A DNA stretch of 64,000 nucleotides from Octopus vulgaris (lineage: Eukaryota): positions 78,430,001 through 78,494,000 of the forward strand of contig OX597821.1 of the NCBI GenBank assembly GCA_951406725.2, given 5' to 3'. The translations under genes were made by a program, and so were the position numbers. This document shows, one piece after another, positions 27,033 to 43,200 of the stretch; within the stretch, counting starts at the first letter, position 1; every line of letters starts with the position of its first letter. The notes under the pieces are model-generated. The model was not told the origin of the DNA, did no database searches, and worked only from the letters and a program-made list of their open reading frames with translations.

Positions 27033-28855
27033 TCTATGTTTGACTTTTGCTTTATGTCTGTACAAGTTGGCTCCAAGTCTCACCCTGAGACCTCAAGAGA
27101 CAACAGGTTAGAAGTTCACGTTGTCGTTATTCCTAGTGTGGCATATATTTGGGGTTTTTTTGGTGTTGTACTAGTGAATGTCTAATAAATAAATTTAGAA
27201 TAAAAAGTTTGTTTTAAACCTTGGGATTACATAGAGAGTATTTTGCGTAGAATATGAGCAGTTCCCATGAGAACTATCTTTTGAATTTCAGCCATTTTGG
27301 GGTTTCCTGGTATCTGAGTTAGGTAGCAATCAGCCCCTATGACAACAAGTATTGTTTTAGTCTTCAGCTTCCACATTTTGCTGATTTCTATTTCAAGATC
27401 TTTATATTTGCTCAGTTTTTGGTAGGTCTTCACAGATACGTTTATATCGATTGGGACAGTCATATCAATGAGGAGGCATGTTCTTTGTCTGAAGTCTTTC
27501 AATATGATGTCTGACCTATTTGCATCTATCTTTCTGTCAGTTTAAATGGTGAAGTTCCAGAGGAGTGAGATGTGGTCATTTTCAAGCACTGGAGGTGGAT
27601 TGTGTTCCCACCAGTTTTTTTCATGGGACAAATCCAGGTTTTTGCAAATTACCCAGTGAATATATTGTGCAGCTCTATCATGCCTGTTGAGGTACTCTGT
27701 AGGCGCTAGAAGACTGCATTTGGAGACAACATGATCAATGGTTTCATCTTGTTGTCGGCATACACGACATGTTGGGCTACTGCCGTTCTTTAATATGTTG
27801 GCCTGGTAGTTTCTTGTTGGTAGGCATTGATCTTGAGCTGCTATGATAAACCCTTCTGTTTCAGATTTTAAGCCAGAAGCCATTATCCGTTGATGGGTCA
27901 GGGCTTTGTCAATATCTGCATTATTCGCTCTCTTTGGGTATTTGCCATAGAGAGGTTTTTCTTGCCTTTTATTATTCAGAATATCTAAGGCCGCAGTTTT
28001 GGCAGGGGTTTTCATGCGCTTAGCTTTTTCTGTGCTTGTTTCTTGTATGTCTATCTCTAATTCTGAAATTTGTTGTATTCGGAATTCACTTCGATATTTC
28101 TTTGCCTGTTTTGTAACTTAGTATGATGCTTTCTTGTTTTCATGTTTTGAGAAAAGTTTTAACATCCAGTCCTCAGACTTTTACAGGTAGGTGTCTAGGC
28201 CAATTGTAGCAATCTCCATTGTTATTGCCAGTTGTAACAGACCACGGCCTCCCTCTTGCCTTGGCAGATAAAGTTGTTCTGTATCTGCCTTAGGGTGGTG
28301 CATTCTATGCATGGTCAACAGTTTTCGTATCTTTCTGTCAAGCTGACATATTTCAGTAATTGACCAGTTAACGATATTGAAACTGTAAGACACGATTGGT
28401 GTGGCTAATGCATTGATCGCTTCGATCCTGTTTCTTGCATTCAGCTTTGTCTTGAGTATTGCTCTCACTCTTCGATAACATTCTCTTCTGATCCTTTCCT
28501 TCATCTCTGAATGCCTTATTCCGTCCCCTTCAATTACACCTAGGTACTTGTAGCTCTCCGCTGGGTCTAGTTCTTTTATGACATTCTGCTGGTCAAGGTT
28601 AACGTTAGGTGTTTCTGTCATTTTTCCTTTGATAAAGGTAGCTTTTGCACATTTATCGAGGTCAAATTGCATTCTGATGTCGTCACTGAATTGTTTGACT
28701 ATCGTTAGTAAGCCCTTGAATTTGTTGGTCATTTTTTGCAAAAAGCTTTAAATCATCCATGTAAATGAGATGATTTATATTTTTATCAAACATTTTATAT
28801 CCGTACTGCGCATCATTGAGCAGTTTTGAGAGAGGTATTAAGACTAAACAAAAGA
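27033..28855 (-). mobile_element. R4/Dong-like retroelement, 5'-truncated within RT
   Basis: HLIYMDDLKLFAK, YKYLG, MHHPKAD..LYLPRQEGGRGL, CRVC..ETIDHVVSKC. Confidence 0.92.
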
Positions 28856-28964
28856 AATACTCCCTGAACCAATCATAAACACTAAGACAGATGAACATCA
28901 AATAGATAAAGAAAGTCACAGAAATATTGACCCAATAGAACTACATGAGCTAAAAAAGTATTAC

Positions 28965-29016
<52 letters not shown>

Positions 29017-29017
<1 letters not shown>

Positions 29018-29231
29018 GGGTGGTGAGCTGGCAGAATCGTTAGCACACCGGGCGATATGCTTAGCGGCATTTTGTCAGCCGTTACGTTCTGAGTTCAAAT
29101 TCTGTCGAGATTCACTTTACCTTTCGACCTTTCGGGTCGATAGACTTAGAACCAGTTTACGCACTGGGGTCGATGTAAATTGACTTAATCCCTTCCCCCA
29201 AATTTGGGGACTTGTGTTTCGAGTTTAAAGG

Positions 29232-29232
<1 letters not shown>
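29017..29232 (+). mobile_element. tRNA-derived SINE inserted in (TTA)n
   Basis: GGTGGTGAGCTGGCAGAATCGTTAGC (A box) ... GAGTTCAAATTC (B box). Confidence 0.75.
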
Positions 29233-29321
<89 letters not shown>

Positions 29322-29322
<1 letters not shown>

Positions 29323-29620
29323 GTTTATAAAACAGTGTAGGCAATGATGTACTAGAGACTTTAGTCATCTGTCAAGTCACAAGAACGTCAGACGCAATAC
29401 TTTCCTGAAGATGAGCACTGTGTCCAATAAGGCAGCTTTTAGCAAGACATCGATCTTGCATGGGATTTATAGTTACCTTAAGAAGTCTTGAAGTTTCAAT
29501 GGGATTGATGCCAACACTCCGATCACCACTGGTATCACTTTGACATTACCCGCTCCCATTCCATGGAGTCTTGGCATTTCCACCTTCAATAATTGGTGGT
29601 TTCATCAACCTCTTTACTCA
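29322..29620 (-). mobile_element. R4/Dong-like extreme 3' fragment
   Basis: Minus translation gives VKVIPVVIGVLASIP and LLKAALLDTVLIFRKVL, the REL C-terminus. Confidence 0.65.
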
Positions 29621-29666
29621 CAGCATTTACGTCATTCTTTCTTTTCATATAGTCTGTTTACACTTG

Positions 29667-29724
<58 letters not shown>

Positions 29725-29779
29725 ATCATCATCATTATCATTATTATCATTATTATCATTATGAAAAACTCTTGGATAG

Positions 29780-30245
29780 TTATTAATTACCGGTTGAAAG
29801 CAGGCAATAACAAGTCACCAAAGGTTTCAGGTAGTGCCTTCTTTTGTGACTCAAACAAACAATACTCTCCTTAGAATGCGAGCTGTACCTAGCAATGTAG
29901 TCTTCTGGATCACCTCGAGCCTCACAGCAGCTCCAATATTCTTAATATTTTTCCAAAGCCCTTGGAAACTGCTCCTAATGCTCCAATTACCACCGGTATC
30001 ACTATTATTTTCCCCATGCCCCATAACTTTCCTATCTCGTCCCACAGTGGCTGGTATTTCTCAATCAGTTCTGTTCTCTTACATTTCACCCTCGAATTGC
30101 CTGGTATTGCAACATCTGTTACCTTTGCTTCTTTTTCATCTTTAAAGATGAGTACGATATCGAGCCGTCTCACCTCTATGACTTGGCCGCACTGTATATT
30201 AAAATCCCAGGGTATTTTGTGATGTTCGTTTTCCATTACTTCCTC

Positions 30246-30283
<38 letters not shown>

Positions 30284-31870
30284 GACTTGTTTTCATACCA
30301 TTGTTCGTGTCTGTCGAGATTTGATTTACCGCACAACAGCCAGTGGACATATCTGGTCACATTGTCATATCTCCTTTTTATATTCGCGTTGTGCGAGCTT
30401 ACAGCACTCACTAACAATATGGCTTATACTTTCTCCATTCTCAGAGCACATCCTACATTGTAGCGAGTCAGTGCTTTTATCAATGTAATATTTGGAGTAG
30501 TTTGTCCTGAGAGCTTGTTCTTGAGCGCTGCACACTAATGCCTCAGTGGGCCTTTTAAGTCTCCTTTCTGCAGCCATTGCTAATTTCTATTCCAATTAAT
30601 CTTATCTTTATTCTTCAAGAACTGACTGTGCATTTTCTTGTCAAATTTTCTACATCGTCTCTCTCTGATCTTTCGTAAATCGTGTTGGATCTACGGCTAC
30701 ATCACTTTTAAGGTTCCCTGCATTTTCATTGCTTCAATCATTTCTATTTACTCCCCTTAACATACCACGACCTTCAAAACACACCAATCCCCAATCTTCT
30801 TTCTTCTTTACATATAATCTTGACACGACACACTTCAGGGTGTAGTTCCTTGTTCATTGTTATTAATTTACGCTTTCTCTGGTATATTTCTTGAAATTCA
30901 TGCTTCTTCCTGCCCTATATTTCATCAAAGCAACCGCCCATGTGTTAATTGTTCTAATCTTATAGCGGCAATTTAGCTTCGATTGGGGCATAAACCGAGT
31001 TCTCAAATACTCTTTCTTGTACACTTCGTTCATCTTGTGTTCATTCATCTTATCTCTTTCAATGATACCCAAGTATTATAGCCTTCCTCTCCGATTTCCT
31101 TTATACTTCCGCCACTTTCCGTCTTGACCCCATGGCTTTTACTGATTTTTCTCCTTTTTGAGAATCATTAGACCACATTTCTCGATCCTAAATTCCATGA
31201 CAATATTTTTGCTATTCATCTGCACAGTTGCGTCAAACTCTCAATTTCTTTGTCAGTCTTAGCATATAGCTTTAGATCCTCCATAAACCACAGGCTCTTT
31301 ACTTTCACTCTCCCTAGCATGTACCCCACACGCATCTTTCTTAAAACGCTGGTCGATGGCAACAAAAGATTCCTCTTTTGATATATTCCACTCCCACCTT
31401 ATCTCAACTAGTTGTGAGTTCAGTTCGCCTCGTTTCCATTGAGTTTTGTTTTAACTTCAGGATATTGAGGGAGAACTTAATTCACTCAATAATTCACAAC
31501 GATGGGACCATGTCATTTGAATTCCTATAGTCCACCCGTGTCATCGCCAAATTTTGTGTCTCTTTTTGCAGCCACCAATTTCCACATCAGTGACAAAGTA
31601 GATATTGGTGGGAAATTTCCAACCGCATCCCCTTTTCTTGAGTTATTCTGGCATAGTACCATTCTTCCTTTTGCCATCCAGAAAAGTACTTGGACATCAC
31701 TACTGAGTAGTTCGTCCAGCTCTCTCGCAATACTCCTGTGTAGGGCTGTCAAGATTTTAAGCCCAAAACCCTGTACCCCATCCGGGTTAGGTGTTTCCAG
31801 TAAGAGATTCTCCTTCACCCTTCTCCAATCATTACCGTGGTTATTCTCAAATCATCCTGCTCATACACTC
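29780..31870 (-). mobile_element. R4/Dong-like retroelement (older, degenerate)
   Basis: TEALVCSAQEQALRTNY..CRMC..ESISHIVSEC, WDFNIQC..RRLDIV..DVAIPG, QKTTLLGTARILRRVL; N-terminal PNPDGVQGF. Confidence 0.85.
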
Positions 31871-32057
31871 CACACTCCTCTTTGAGAGTGCATACTTTAA
31901 GATTTTCTTATATATGTTAGTGTGTATACGTGTTTATATGATTGCGTGTGCTTATGCATATGTATAGGCAGATTTATTTGCATGTATGTATCTAAGACAC
32001 GTTATCCATTCACCGTTAGACGGTGGTGAGAGACACGCGCACACACACATATATACG

Positions 32058-32125
<68 letters not shown>

Positions 32126-32391
32126 TGAGTGTCTGTGTGTATGTGAGTATACAACCTTCGACAGCGTAACAGCCATGTATGCAACATGAACATGCATACA
32201 TACATACATACATACATACATACATACATTCATATATACATATTTTACATACGTACATAAATATTATGAACTAACAGTTACTTTCTCAGATGCAGCACGG
32301 AACTTTTTCAGTGAACAGGTCGCGTTCTCAAAGTGAAGAACATATTTTGGCAAATTAAATCTAAATGTAAATATATATATATATATATATA

Positions 32392-35210
<2,819 letters not shown>

Positions 35211-35324
35211 AAATATTTTACCTTTTCATTTTCCTTACTTCAGTCGTTTTTGTCTTTCGTTCGAACACTTTCTTGCTCTCTAAGTCTCACTCTCCCACAC
35301 TATTATCTTTACCTCACTTTCTCA

Positions 35325-35385
35325 CTCTCCTTCTCTCCGCCTATGTCTCAACCTTATCTTCTTTCTCTTTCTGCTACTCACTCCG

Positions 35386-35418
<33 letters not shown>

Positions 35419-35478
35419 ATTCTCCTTCTCTCCGCCTATGTCTCAACCTTATCTTCTTTCTCTTTCTGCTACTCACTC

Positions 35479-35515
<37 letters not shown>
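35325..35515. repeat. 95-bp pyrimidine-rich tandem duplication just upstream of exon 4
   Basis: CTCCTTCTCTCCGCCTATGTCTCAACCTTATC...CTCCG(CT)n twice (CTATG at 35341 and 35436). Confidence 0.9.
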
Positions 35516-35534
<19 letters not shown>

Positions 35535-35573
35535 TACATTCTTTATCAATCCTCGTCATCTTTTCATTTGCAG

Positions 35574-35722
35574 GTTGAATTTCGGTTAATCGCATCTGGC
35601 GGATATTACAAATTCATATTCAATGGAGCAGGGACGAATGCTACATCGTGGTACCGAAATGATAAATTCATTGAACATAGTTTGTCGAGCAGTTATCAGT
35701 TCAACTTTACATCCAACAATGA
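35574..35722 (+). CDS. PAN-domain gene, exon 4 ([49 protein letters not shown])
   Basis: Acceptor TTTTCATTTGCAG|GTT (phase 0); donor AAT GA|GTATAT (phase 2, weak) fits exon 5. Confidence 0.8.
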
Positions 35723-35994
35723 GTATATATTATCTCCTTATTTGTGTTAACCGCTTTAAGGTTTTCGTGATAATAATAATGATTTCTCGCTGTCAAAGTA
35801 TAATCGCTTATTTTGAGGAAAGAGAGAAAGCAATTCTATTGATTTCACTAATTAACTGGTATCAATTTAACGACCCTGGAATAATGAGTGGCACGTGTTG
35901 GCTTGCTAGGATTTGAATTCAATACTTTAAGGAAAGAAACCATCACCAGTTACATTATTTGGCACCTTGCGTTTCTTACATTCATTGTTTTAGT

Positions 35995-35995
35995 T

Positions 35996-36052
<57 letters not shown>

Positions 36053-36119
36053 CAGCAGCAGTAGTAGTAGAAGCAGCAGCAGTAGTTGTACTAGTAGTAG
36101 TAGTAGTAGTATTACGGGC

Positions 36120-36160
<41 letters not shown>

Positions 36161-36405
36161 CAGTAGTAGTAGTAGAAGCAGCAGCAGTAGTAGTAGAAGC
36201 AGCAGCAGTAGTTTTACTAGTAGTAGTAGTAGTAGTAGTAGTAGCAGTAGTAGTAGTATTAGTAGTAGTAGTAGTAGTAGTAGTTGTAGTAGAAGCAGCA
36301 GCAGCAACAGTAGTAGTAGTAGTAGTAGTAGTAAGAGGAGTAGGAGGATGTGGTGGAGGAGGAGGACAAGGAGGAGGACGAGAAGGAGGAGGAGAAGAAG
36401 AAGAA
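35995..36405. repeat. (GTA/GCA)n tract grading into (GGA/GAA)n
   Basis: Seen directly. Confidence 0.95.
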
Positions 36406-37269
36406 AATGCAAATACTGATGATGTAACAGAACTAGGATTTGTGACAGAATGCGAGTGTTAGAAGAAATGCTTTTACACAGCGAGTTCCACGGAGAAACC
36501 AAGTTTGTGAAAATCATGACTCATCGCAGAATGGAGATTTATAAATAGGAAATAAAAGTCCGTTGATGGTTGCTCAAGTTAAAGCTTTAAGCATTAATTT
36601 AGTTTGGTGTGGATATTTATTCCATATTTTCAACGGGTAAGGGCCGCTTATATAATCAGCAAATGGACAATATCAATTATATTTTAGCAAACTTTAACAC
36701 AAGAAGGATGCAAGTGACGTCATAAGGTTTAAATTTACTTGTAAAATCAATATAAGGACATAACATCCCAGACAAAGGTACAATCATGAACTACAAAAGG
36801 TTCATTATGGAGATGGTAAACCAAAATCTTCTATAGGATTTTTGACATCCAAACTGAGAAATGAACACATTTGTCCAGATATCTTTCTCCACATCAGCAT
36901 CAGTATTATTCCGCTTCTGCTCTCAAATGCAGCAGGTTGATGCCACTGGCTTTTGTTGGCTGCAATTTTCTCTGCCTCTGGCCATTTTATATTAACATCT
37001 CACATTTCGGTTATGAATGTTCTGCGTCATGTATATTTCTTTCTTTTTCTCTAAAGCTAATTTAGAATGGTATAGTTCTGGTAGTCGAAGTATGTGACCT
37101 GCTAGTTTTAATCTTAATCTTCGTTATTTGAGGATTTCTCAAAGTGGTCTTATATTCAGGGACAATAGCGAGTCCCACCGGGAGTATAATATGAGGAGTA
37201 ACAGAGGAAAGATCATCAACTGGAAACCTTTTTGACTGAAATATTACCATAAAAGTAGTAGAAAACTGT

Positions 37270-37460
37270 CAAAAAGAAAGGATCTTCAAATAGAAATATT
37301 TAAGATGTGGGGCTTCAAAGTGAAAACCACACCAATAATACTTGGAAATTATTAGGTATGACACAAAATATAAACATAGAAGCCATGCCAAGACTAACAG
37401 CCCTACACATTGTCCAAAACTATAGGATCATCCTGCATCCTGTGCGAAGCATTATTAATT
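37270..37460 (+). mobile_element. R4/Dong-like extreme 3' fragment
   Basis: KDLQIEIFKMWGFKVKTTPIILG, then VQNYRIILH-like decayed terminus. Confidence 0.55.
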
Positions 37461-38519
37461 CAACAGCACAGTCCAAATAGAACAATCTTGAAACACACAA
37501 TACAATCTATAAAATAAGCACCTAATAAAATAAAACGGTACAACTCACGAAATATATACTCTGCAAGATTAATGCCTAATAAAGTAACACAACCCATATT
37601 CCATACACTGCACAAAAAATCATCAAACGCTAATATATCACGTGATACAACAGGCTGAACTCCGCAGCAAAGCAAACCCATGTACTATTCTGACAGGTTA
37701 GATCTATACCCCTCCATCCCACATAAAATTGAGAACACAGAAAATGCTACACACATTTCAGAAACACGGAGTTGCGAGAAACGGTGCAATTGAAACTTGC
37801 ATGAAGCTATCAAAGAAATATCAACAACAATCGCTTCTAATTTAAGGACAAAGCCAGGGATTTTGTGAGGGTATAATGTAATACATCGTTTCCAGTGTTG
37901 CATTAACCTATCGATTCTGGGGGTAAATTTGAAATCAGAACATAAACAGCTGAAAGCAATACACCTATGCATATTTTCCGACGATCTAATGATTTTGCCA
38001 CTCCACACAGGCCATTCCATATGCTAAACTACTGTCCTTCTATAATTATTTCTAAAATAAGTACAAGAACTAAAATTAGGGAAGTGGACGAAATACATTA
38101 TTTTGGGGTTTCAAAGATTACGCGATTCCAATCTTTAGACAAGTGGGAGTTGACGCAGTATCTGGTTTTCTAGAATATTCTCAATGATTTTTCCACTCAA
38201 ATAGAACTTTGCCATCATTAGTCGATATGATTCGAAATACATAGTATCTAATAAATAAATATTTTTCGTTTGTCATTGCTGGAAATCTTTTTGATCATTG
38301 ATCTTCTTGATCACAGCTGAACTGAAGCTAAATAACAAGATCTGATTTACTCAAATTAAACGTTGAATATACGTTCTATATCGTGAATAAAAAAAAACCG
38401 GCTTTGAGGCACTCGCTAATCTCAATGGGGAAAAGATAAATTTGTCAATTTAATTAAGCAGAATTGATTATCGTAAATAAACAGACACGACAGAGGTAAA
38501 CAGGCACCCATATAATCGT

Positions 38520-39700
38520 ATAAATTTATTTAAATCTGAAATTATATATTCAAATTATGTATTGATTCTTATAATGTGAATATCTAATATTTAATATACA
38601 TGCTCTTGGCATTTTTCAATGCAAGGACACTATTAGGCATGTTACTGATTAGATAAATATTCTCTTCAGGAATTTCTTGCCATGTTACATGCAGTAATCT
38701 CAGAAGATCCGGCTGTTAGCATGCCCTTTTGTTCTTTTTACGAAGTATCCCGTCCATTATGCCCCAAATGGATTCAAGAGGATTCATATCTGGTGACTAG
38801 CTTGGGCTTTGAAGCTTCTTAATGCCATTCTCTTCCAACCAATCTTGGGTCCTTTTAGCCGTGTGACAAGGAGCCCCATCTTCTATAAAAAGAGAGACTC
38901 CTTTAATTATTTTACCTCTGGAGAAGATTGGGAGGAATCACTTCGGCAATATGGACATATATTTATTTGAGTTTATGTTTCCCTCAACCATTACTAAACA
39001 TTTTTCCCCAGGCTGTCACAGAATAGCCACTGTGTTTCATTGTTGACTGCAATATCTTCACATCAAATTCTTGACCATAGAGTCTCCAGACCAACACTCA
39101 ATCACTGTCAGAAAATACAGCAAATCTGGACTCATGAAAGAATATAACAGTGTCCCGAAATGCTAGTGGTCCCTCCACCATGTTATTGGCCCTCTCTTCT
39201 CCTCCACATAATAGTGGCTTGCCGAAGATGTGGCTTCCTTCTTTCTGCTTTGCCATAGCAGCCAAGATACCTGACAGCTGTTCTGAGACCGACATCAACT
39301 TGTTCTACTATGCCAGAGACCTCACAACGAGGATTGTCCTCCATATTTCTTCTCTCAACAAAGCGAAGGGTCCTGTCAGAAGACCCTAATCGAACTGGGC
39401 GAAGTGGTGTGGACTCCTTTCCTTCTCTGCTGACTAGCACAATCACTCTATTAACTGTAGAAAGCGACATCCCAAGGTTTTCTGCAATTTTACGTTGGCG
39501 AAATCCACCTTCAGATTGGCTGACAATACGGCCTCTTTGAAATTCGGACAGTTCTAAGGCCTCTTTTGTACGTGACCTGATTAAACACATATAGAAACTG
39601 AACCATAAAAAGGTCAATTAACAAAAAAAATGTACTTTTTCAAATTGAAATAAACGTATACCGATGTTATATGAGGTGTCTATTTATTTCTCTCATGTTT
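38520..39700 (-). mobile_element. Degenerate Tc1-like transposon
   Basis: [11 protein letters not shown]...[18 protein letters not shown] (paired HTH), ERRKPHL, VIFFHESRFAVFSD, EDGAPCH, SPDMNP. Confidence 0.85.
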
Positions 39701-39757
39701 GGGCATCGTTGTTCAAGTTTTCATACTGACAAACCTTGTTCTATTTATCAATTGTAG

Positions 39758-39867
39758 TATCACAGAACCGTATTTTCGCTTCGATTATACATACGGTCCT
39801 AGTGACAATAATTGGATGGAAACCAAAATGGAAAATGGAAAGTACAACATTTATTACTCTGAAAATG
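39758..39867 (+). CDS. PAN-domain gene, exon 5 (DITEPYFRFDYTYGPSDNNWMETKMENGKYNIYYSEN)
   Basis: Branch-point-like TACTGAC at 39724; acceptor TTGTAG|T (phase 2, GA+T = Asp); open frame; donor AAT G|GTATGT (phase 1). Confidence 0.85.
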
Positions 39868-40219
39868 GTATGTAAAATGTATCATTCTGTTTCTGAGTGC
39901 AAATAATAGTATGATAGTATGTTTGTATATACATATATATTATGTGTGTCTATGAGTATATATATTTGTCTGTATGCATATATATATATATACAGAGAGA
40001 GAGAGAGAGAGGTGGGGGTTATATGAGGTAATGGTGCCAATAAGACCGAAAGGTGTCAGGTAATACTGAGTAAGTGCTATGGACAGACTATAGTTAAGTG
40101 TCAGGTTCGGTGATTATGTGAATGAAGAGTCCAACGTAGGTCATATATCAGAAGAAATTTTTAAGAATGAGATAAAAATCCAAGGCTGTGAATGATTTTA
40201 GAACATTTATAAATAGAAG

Positions 40220-40267
40220 GTCTCACAGCTGTTTCCAGGATATTTTATATATCCCATCATCGGAGAC
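40220..40267 (-). ncRNA. Decayed minimal hammerhead (PLE-type)
   Basis: Minus: GUCU CCGAUGA UGGGAUAU-AUAAA-AUAUCCUG GAAAC-AGCU-GUG AGAC. Helices intact, but U4C and a non-cleavable GUG triplet. Confidence 0.65.
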
Positions 40268-41151
40268 GGTGTGAGAAAATGGTTAAGCAATAGTTATTCT
40301 AGAGAAGATATGAAATAGAGAGTGAAGTGAACGAATGAAAACAGAAGTGAGATATGCAGGGATACTGAATCTGTAGATCTATTATTTAGGCAGAATGGTA
40401 TACATATAAGATTCTAGTACCTTGTAAGTAAGTTCCGATACTATTTAAAATTGGTCATTCCAAGTATAGAGTTTGTACACGATATTATTGAATCGAGGGT
40501 TTTATTTAGAGTGACTTAATAGTTGGGAATGTATTTGTTAGGTGAAATCGAAAACAGGAAGGGAGGAATAAAGAAAAGAAAAAGAAAAGTAGAAAAAAGA
40601 AGAAAGAAAAGCGGGGAGAAAGATAATAAAGAGATGAAGAGAAGGAAAGTGTACTGGTTAATGGTCAGTCAAGATAAATTGATAGAAAGAATGGGGAGAT
40701 GAGGGTGATAGAGAGAGGGATATGAGATTGTAAAAAGATGATAGGGTAAAGAGTAAAGGAGGGTCAGATGGAAGGAATGGGGGTGATAGAGAGAGAAAGG
40801 TATGAGAGTGTACAGAGTAAAGGAGTGTCAGGTATGTAGTGATAGAGCTTAAGTGAGGGGCAGAGAGAGAGAGAGAGGGGGGTAGGGACATGTGTTGTGA
40901 ATATCACAGGAATAAATTACAAGAAGGATTCTTTAAGCCGAATCAACCAACAGGATTTGTTAATATCGATAGTGTCAGTTGGCCATTCTTGGGAATCTTA
41001 CCAGATTGCCTAATGATCGTTGCCTCTAAAAAGATTTTATAGGAGAGATACCTAAAGATTCTACCCCATTACTCTCCCAAGAATAGTTGGCGGGTAAGAT
41101 TGAGAGGGGAATGGATGGATGGATGGATGGATGGATAAGTATGTATATATT

Positions 41152-41728
41152 AAGGTGCCAAACGTAATGTCATATTTTTGAATAAATAGTCTGACGTCAT
41201 GCCGCAAATAGTTACTATCAACCTATCAGCATAGAGTTAATGAACAAACGGTTATGTGGACACGCACTGCATGTGTCCTTTTCCTGTCTGACAGCTCATG
41301 GAATACAAAGACTTTGATGAGTTGCATATTCAGCATTGCATGCTTTATAAACTTCTTAAGGGCTGCAATGCAACATGCGCGAAAAAAAACCTATGTACTG
41401 TATATTCTGATGATGTGAGATTTCTGAAATGCTAAACGGGTTTTTTAACAAATTCACACCTCGCACCATCAGATTTTCACTTATTCCGGTTACATGAACA
41501 TATTACCAGAAGGTAAGCTTTCAGGTTCAGGGACGATATCGAAATAGCACTTAACACATTTTGTTTTGCTCTAAAGAACCTGATGGTTTTGCCCGTGGAA
41601 CCTGGAAACTAATTTTGAAATTAAAAATCATTGTTAATTATATTTTGAATAAATTAATATGTTGACGATATGTGTTATGCAGATTTGATGTCATTACATG
41701 CAGTGTAACATTACTTTGAGGTACCCCT
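41152..41728 (+). mobile_element. Internally deleted mariner
   Basis: Imperfect TIRs AAGGTGCCAAACGTAATGT / ACATTACTTTGAGGTACCC; IQHCMLYKLLKGCNAT and LAPSDFHLFR remnants. Confidence 0.7.
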
Positions 41729-41729
41729 G

Positions 41730-41786
<57 letters not shown>

Positions 41787-41905
41787 TGCGTGGTGTACAC
41801 ATACAGTCGTCATACGTATTTATACTTCTTATTTAATTCTTTACTGGTTTATTTTTGTTAACGCTTCATCCATGAATATTTTATATACAGCGCTGTGTAT
41901 GTATA

Positions 41906-43200
41906 GGGTGTTCGAGCTAAATTTCCCGGTTTTTAGGATTTCCTCTTTCAGAAAGAGTTTAATGCATTGATGAACAGTCAACAGTATCGTAGTGCATGGA
42001 TATTAAAGATGTAATTGAGAAAAAGTTACCTGACGCGGAAGACTAGAAGACATTTAAATAATGGGTAGGCGTTACCTGTATAATGATGATTCTCTCTCGA
42101 TATCAATATGTTAACATCATGACTGCTACTCAATGCCCTGTGAATATTATAAAGGCTGTCAGACGTAACATAGACAAATGTGACAAGTCTACAAAATCGT
42201 GGCCAGCAGGAGAGAGACACATCAGGCGTGCCACTCGCTGAAATTCACTCAATAATTGCTGGGCAATTTGATAGACAATCCAGGCAAAGGAATTCGGTTT
42301 TTTACGAGAGAGAATGATTGGTGTCTGAGTCGCCACCATGAAGCAGGCCTTGAATGAGGACCTTCGCAACCACTTGTACTTAAAGACGCAAGGACATTCT
42401 TAACAGCTAAAGCGAAAGAGAAAGAGAACTGCTTGACTAAAATACTCCTGAAGAAGCTGAGGAACTCTGTTGAGCCAAGGAGTATCTGGTTCTTCTCAGA
42501 TGAAAAGAACTTCTACCAGAACCAGTTGTACAACACCAGAACAGTAAGCAGCTTTCTCACAAACAATGCGATGCCCCTAGTATCAGGAAAATCAAGTTCT
42601 CCAAAACTGTAATGGTCCTCAAGTGTGGCTCCAGTGACGGTGGCGTCATGCTGACCGATATCTTTAAACAGGGCATTTGGTTCAGTTCAGACATCGATGT
42701 GAAGCTGCTGGAGGCTGTGGTCAATGCCTGACTTGTGAGGGTTACTGCGCTAGAAGGTCATATTGTGGCAACAGGGTTCAGTTGTGGTTGTCGGAGAATT
42801 TCTACAATTTCTACAACAAAGTGGTTGTCGGAGAATTTCTACAACTGTACTAGCTCCAATTTTTGGTCTTTTAATTCCCTGAATTACAATCCCATGGAAT
42901 ACTATGTCTGAGGCACAGTTCAGAAAGATTCCAACAGCTCTGCCTGCACCACCAAGTCTGAGCCCGTGGCTATAATCAAAGAGGAGTTCAGAGATCTTCC
43001 TAAGGACAAAGTTAGGAACGCATGTACAAGGTTCCGTAGCCAATTTGAAGTCGTAGTGGAAGCTGAGAATGGCTACTTCGAATAAACTCATATCTCCCAG
43101 CTATAATCTAGTTGATATTTTTTTATATTCTAAAATCCCTAAACTTTCGGGGTGTAAACTTTTCTTTCATGCAAACTGTCGAATTTAACATGAAAACCCT
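41906..43200 (+). mobile_element. Degenerate Tc1/mariner-superfamily transposon, maT (DD37D)-like
   Basis: Imperfect TIRs AGGGTGTTCGAGCTAAATT / AATTTAACATGAAAACCCT; WFFSDEKNF, PKTVMV, NPMEYYV, ACTRFRSQFEVVVEAENGYFE*. Confidence 0.75.

Noticed and set aside
26025-27083. 352-aa ORF with a poly-Ile N-terminus fused to a retroelement domain
   Set aside because: Chance read-through from one element's 3' UTR across (TAA)n into the next truncated element.
29017-29110. Possible tRNA gene
   Set aside because: A/B boxes present but no cloverleaf; continues into a SINE body.
24250-29330. Repeat-spacer-like alternation suggestive of CRISPR
   Set aside because: Eukaryotic DNA; the repeats are variable (TAA)n tracts and the spacers are retroelement 3' ends.
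35959-36517. Poly-Val and poly-Leu membrane-protein-like ORFs
   Set aside because: (GTA)n trinucleotide repeat inside an intron.
36482-36556. Alternative phase-2 terminal exon (DEFHGETKFVKIMTHRRMEIYK*) followed by AATAAA
   Set aside because: Weak pyrimidine tract; exon 39758-39867 has a better branch point, acceptor and donor and links on to exon 6. Not excluded as a minor isoform.
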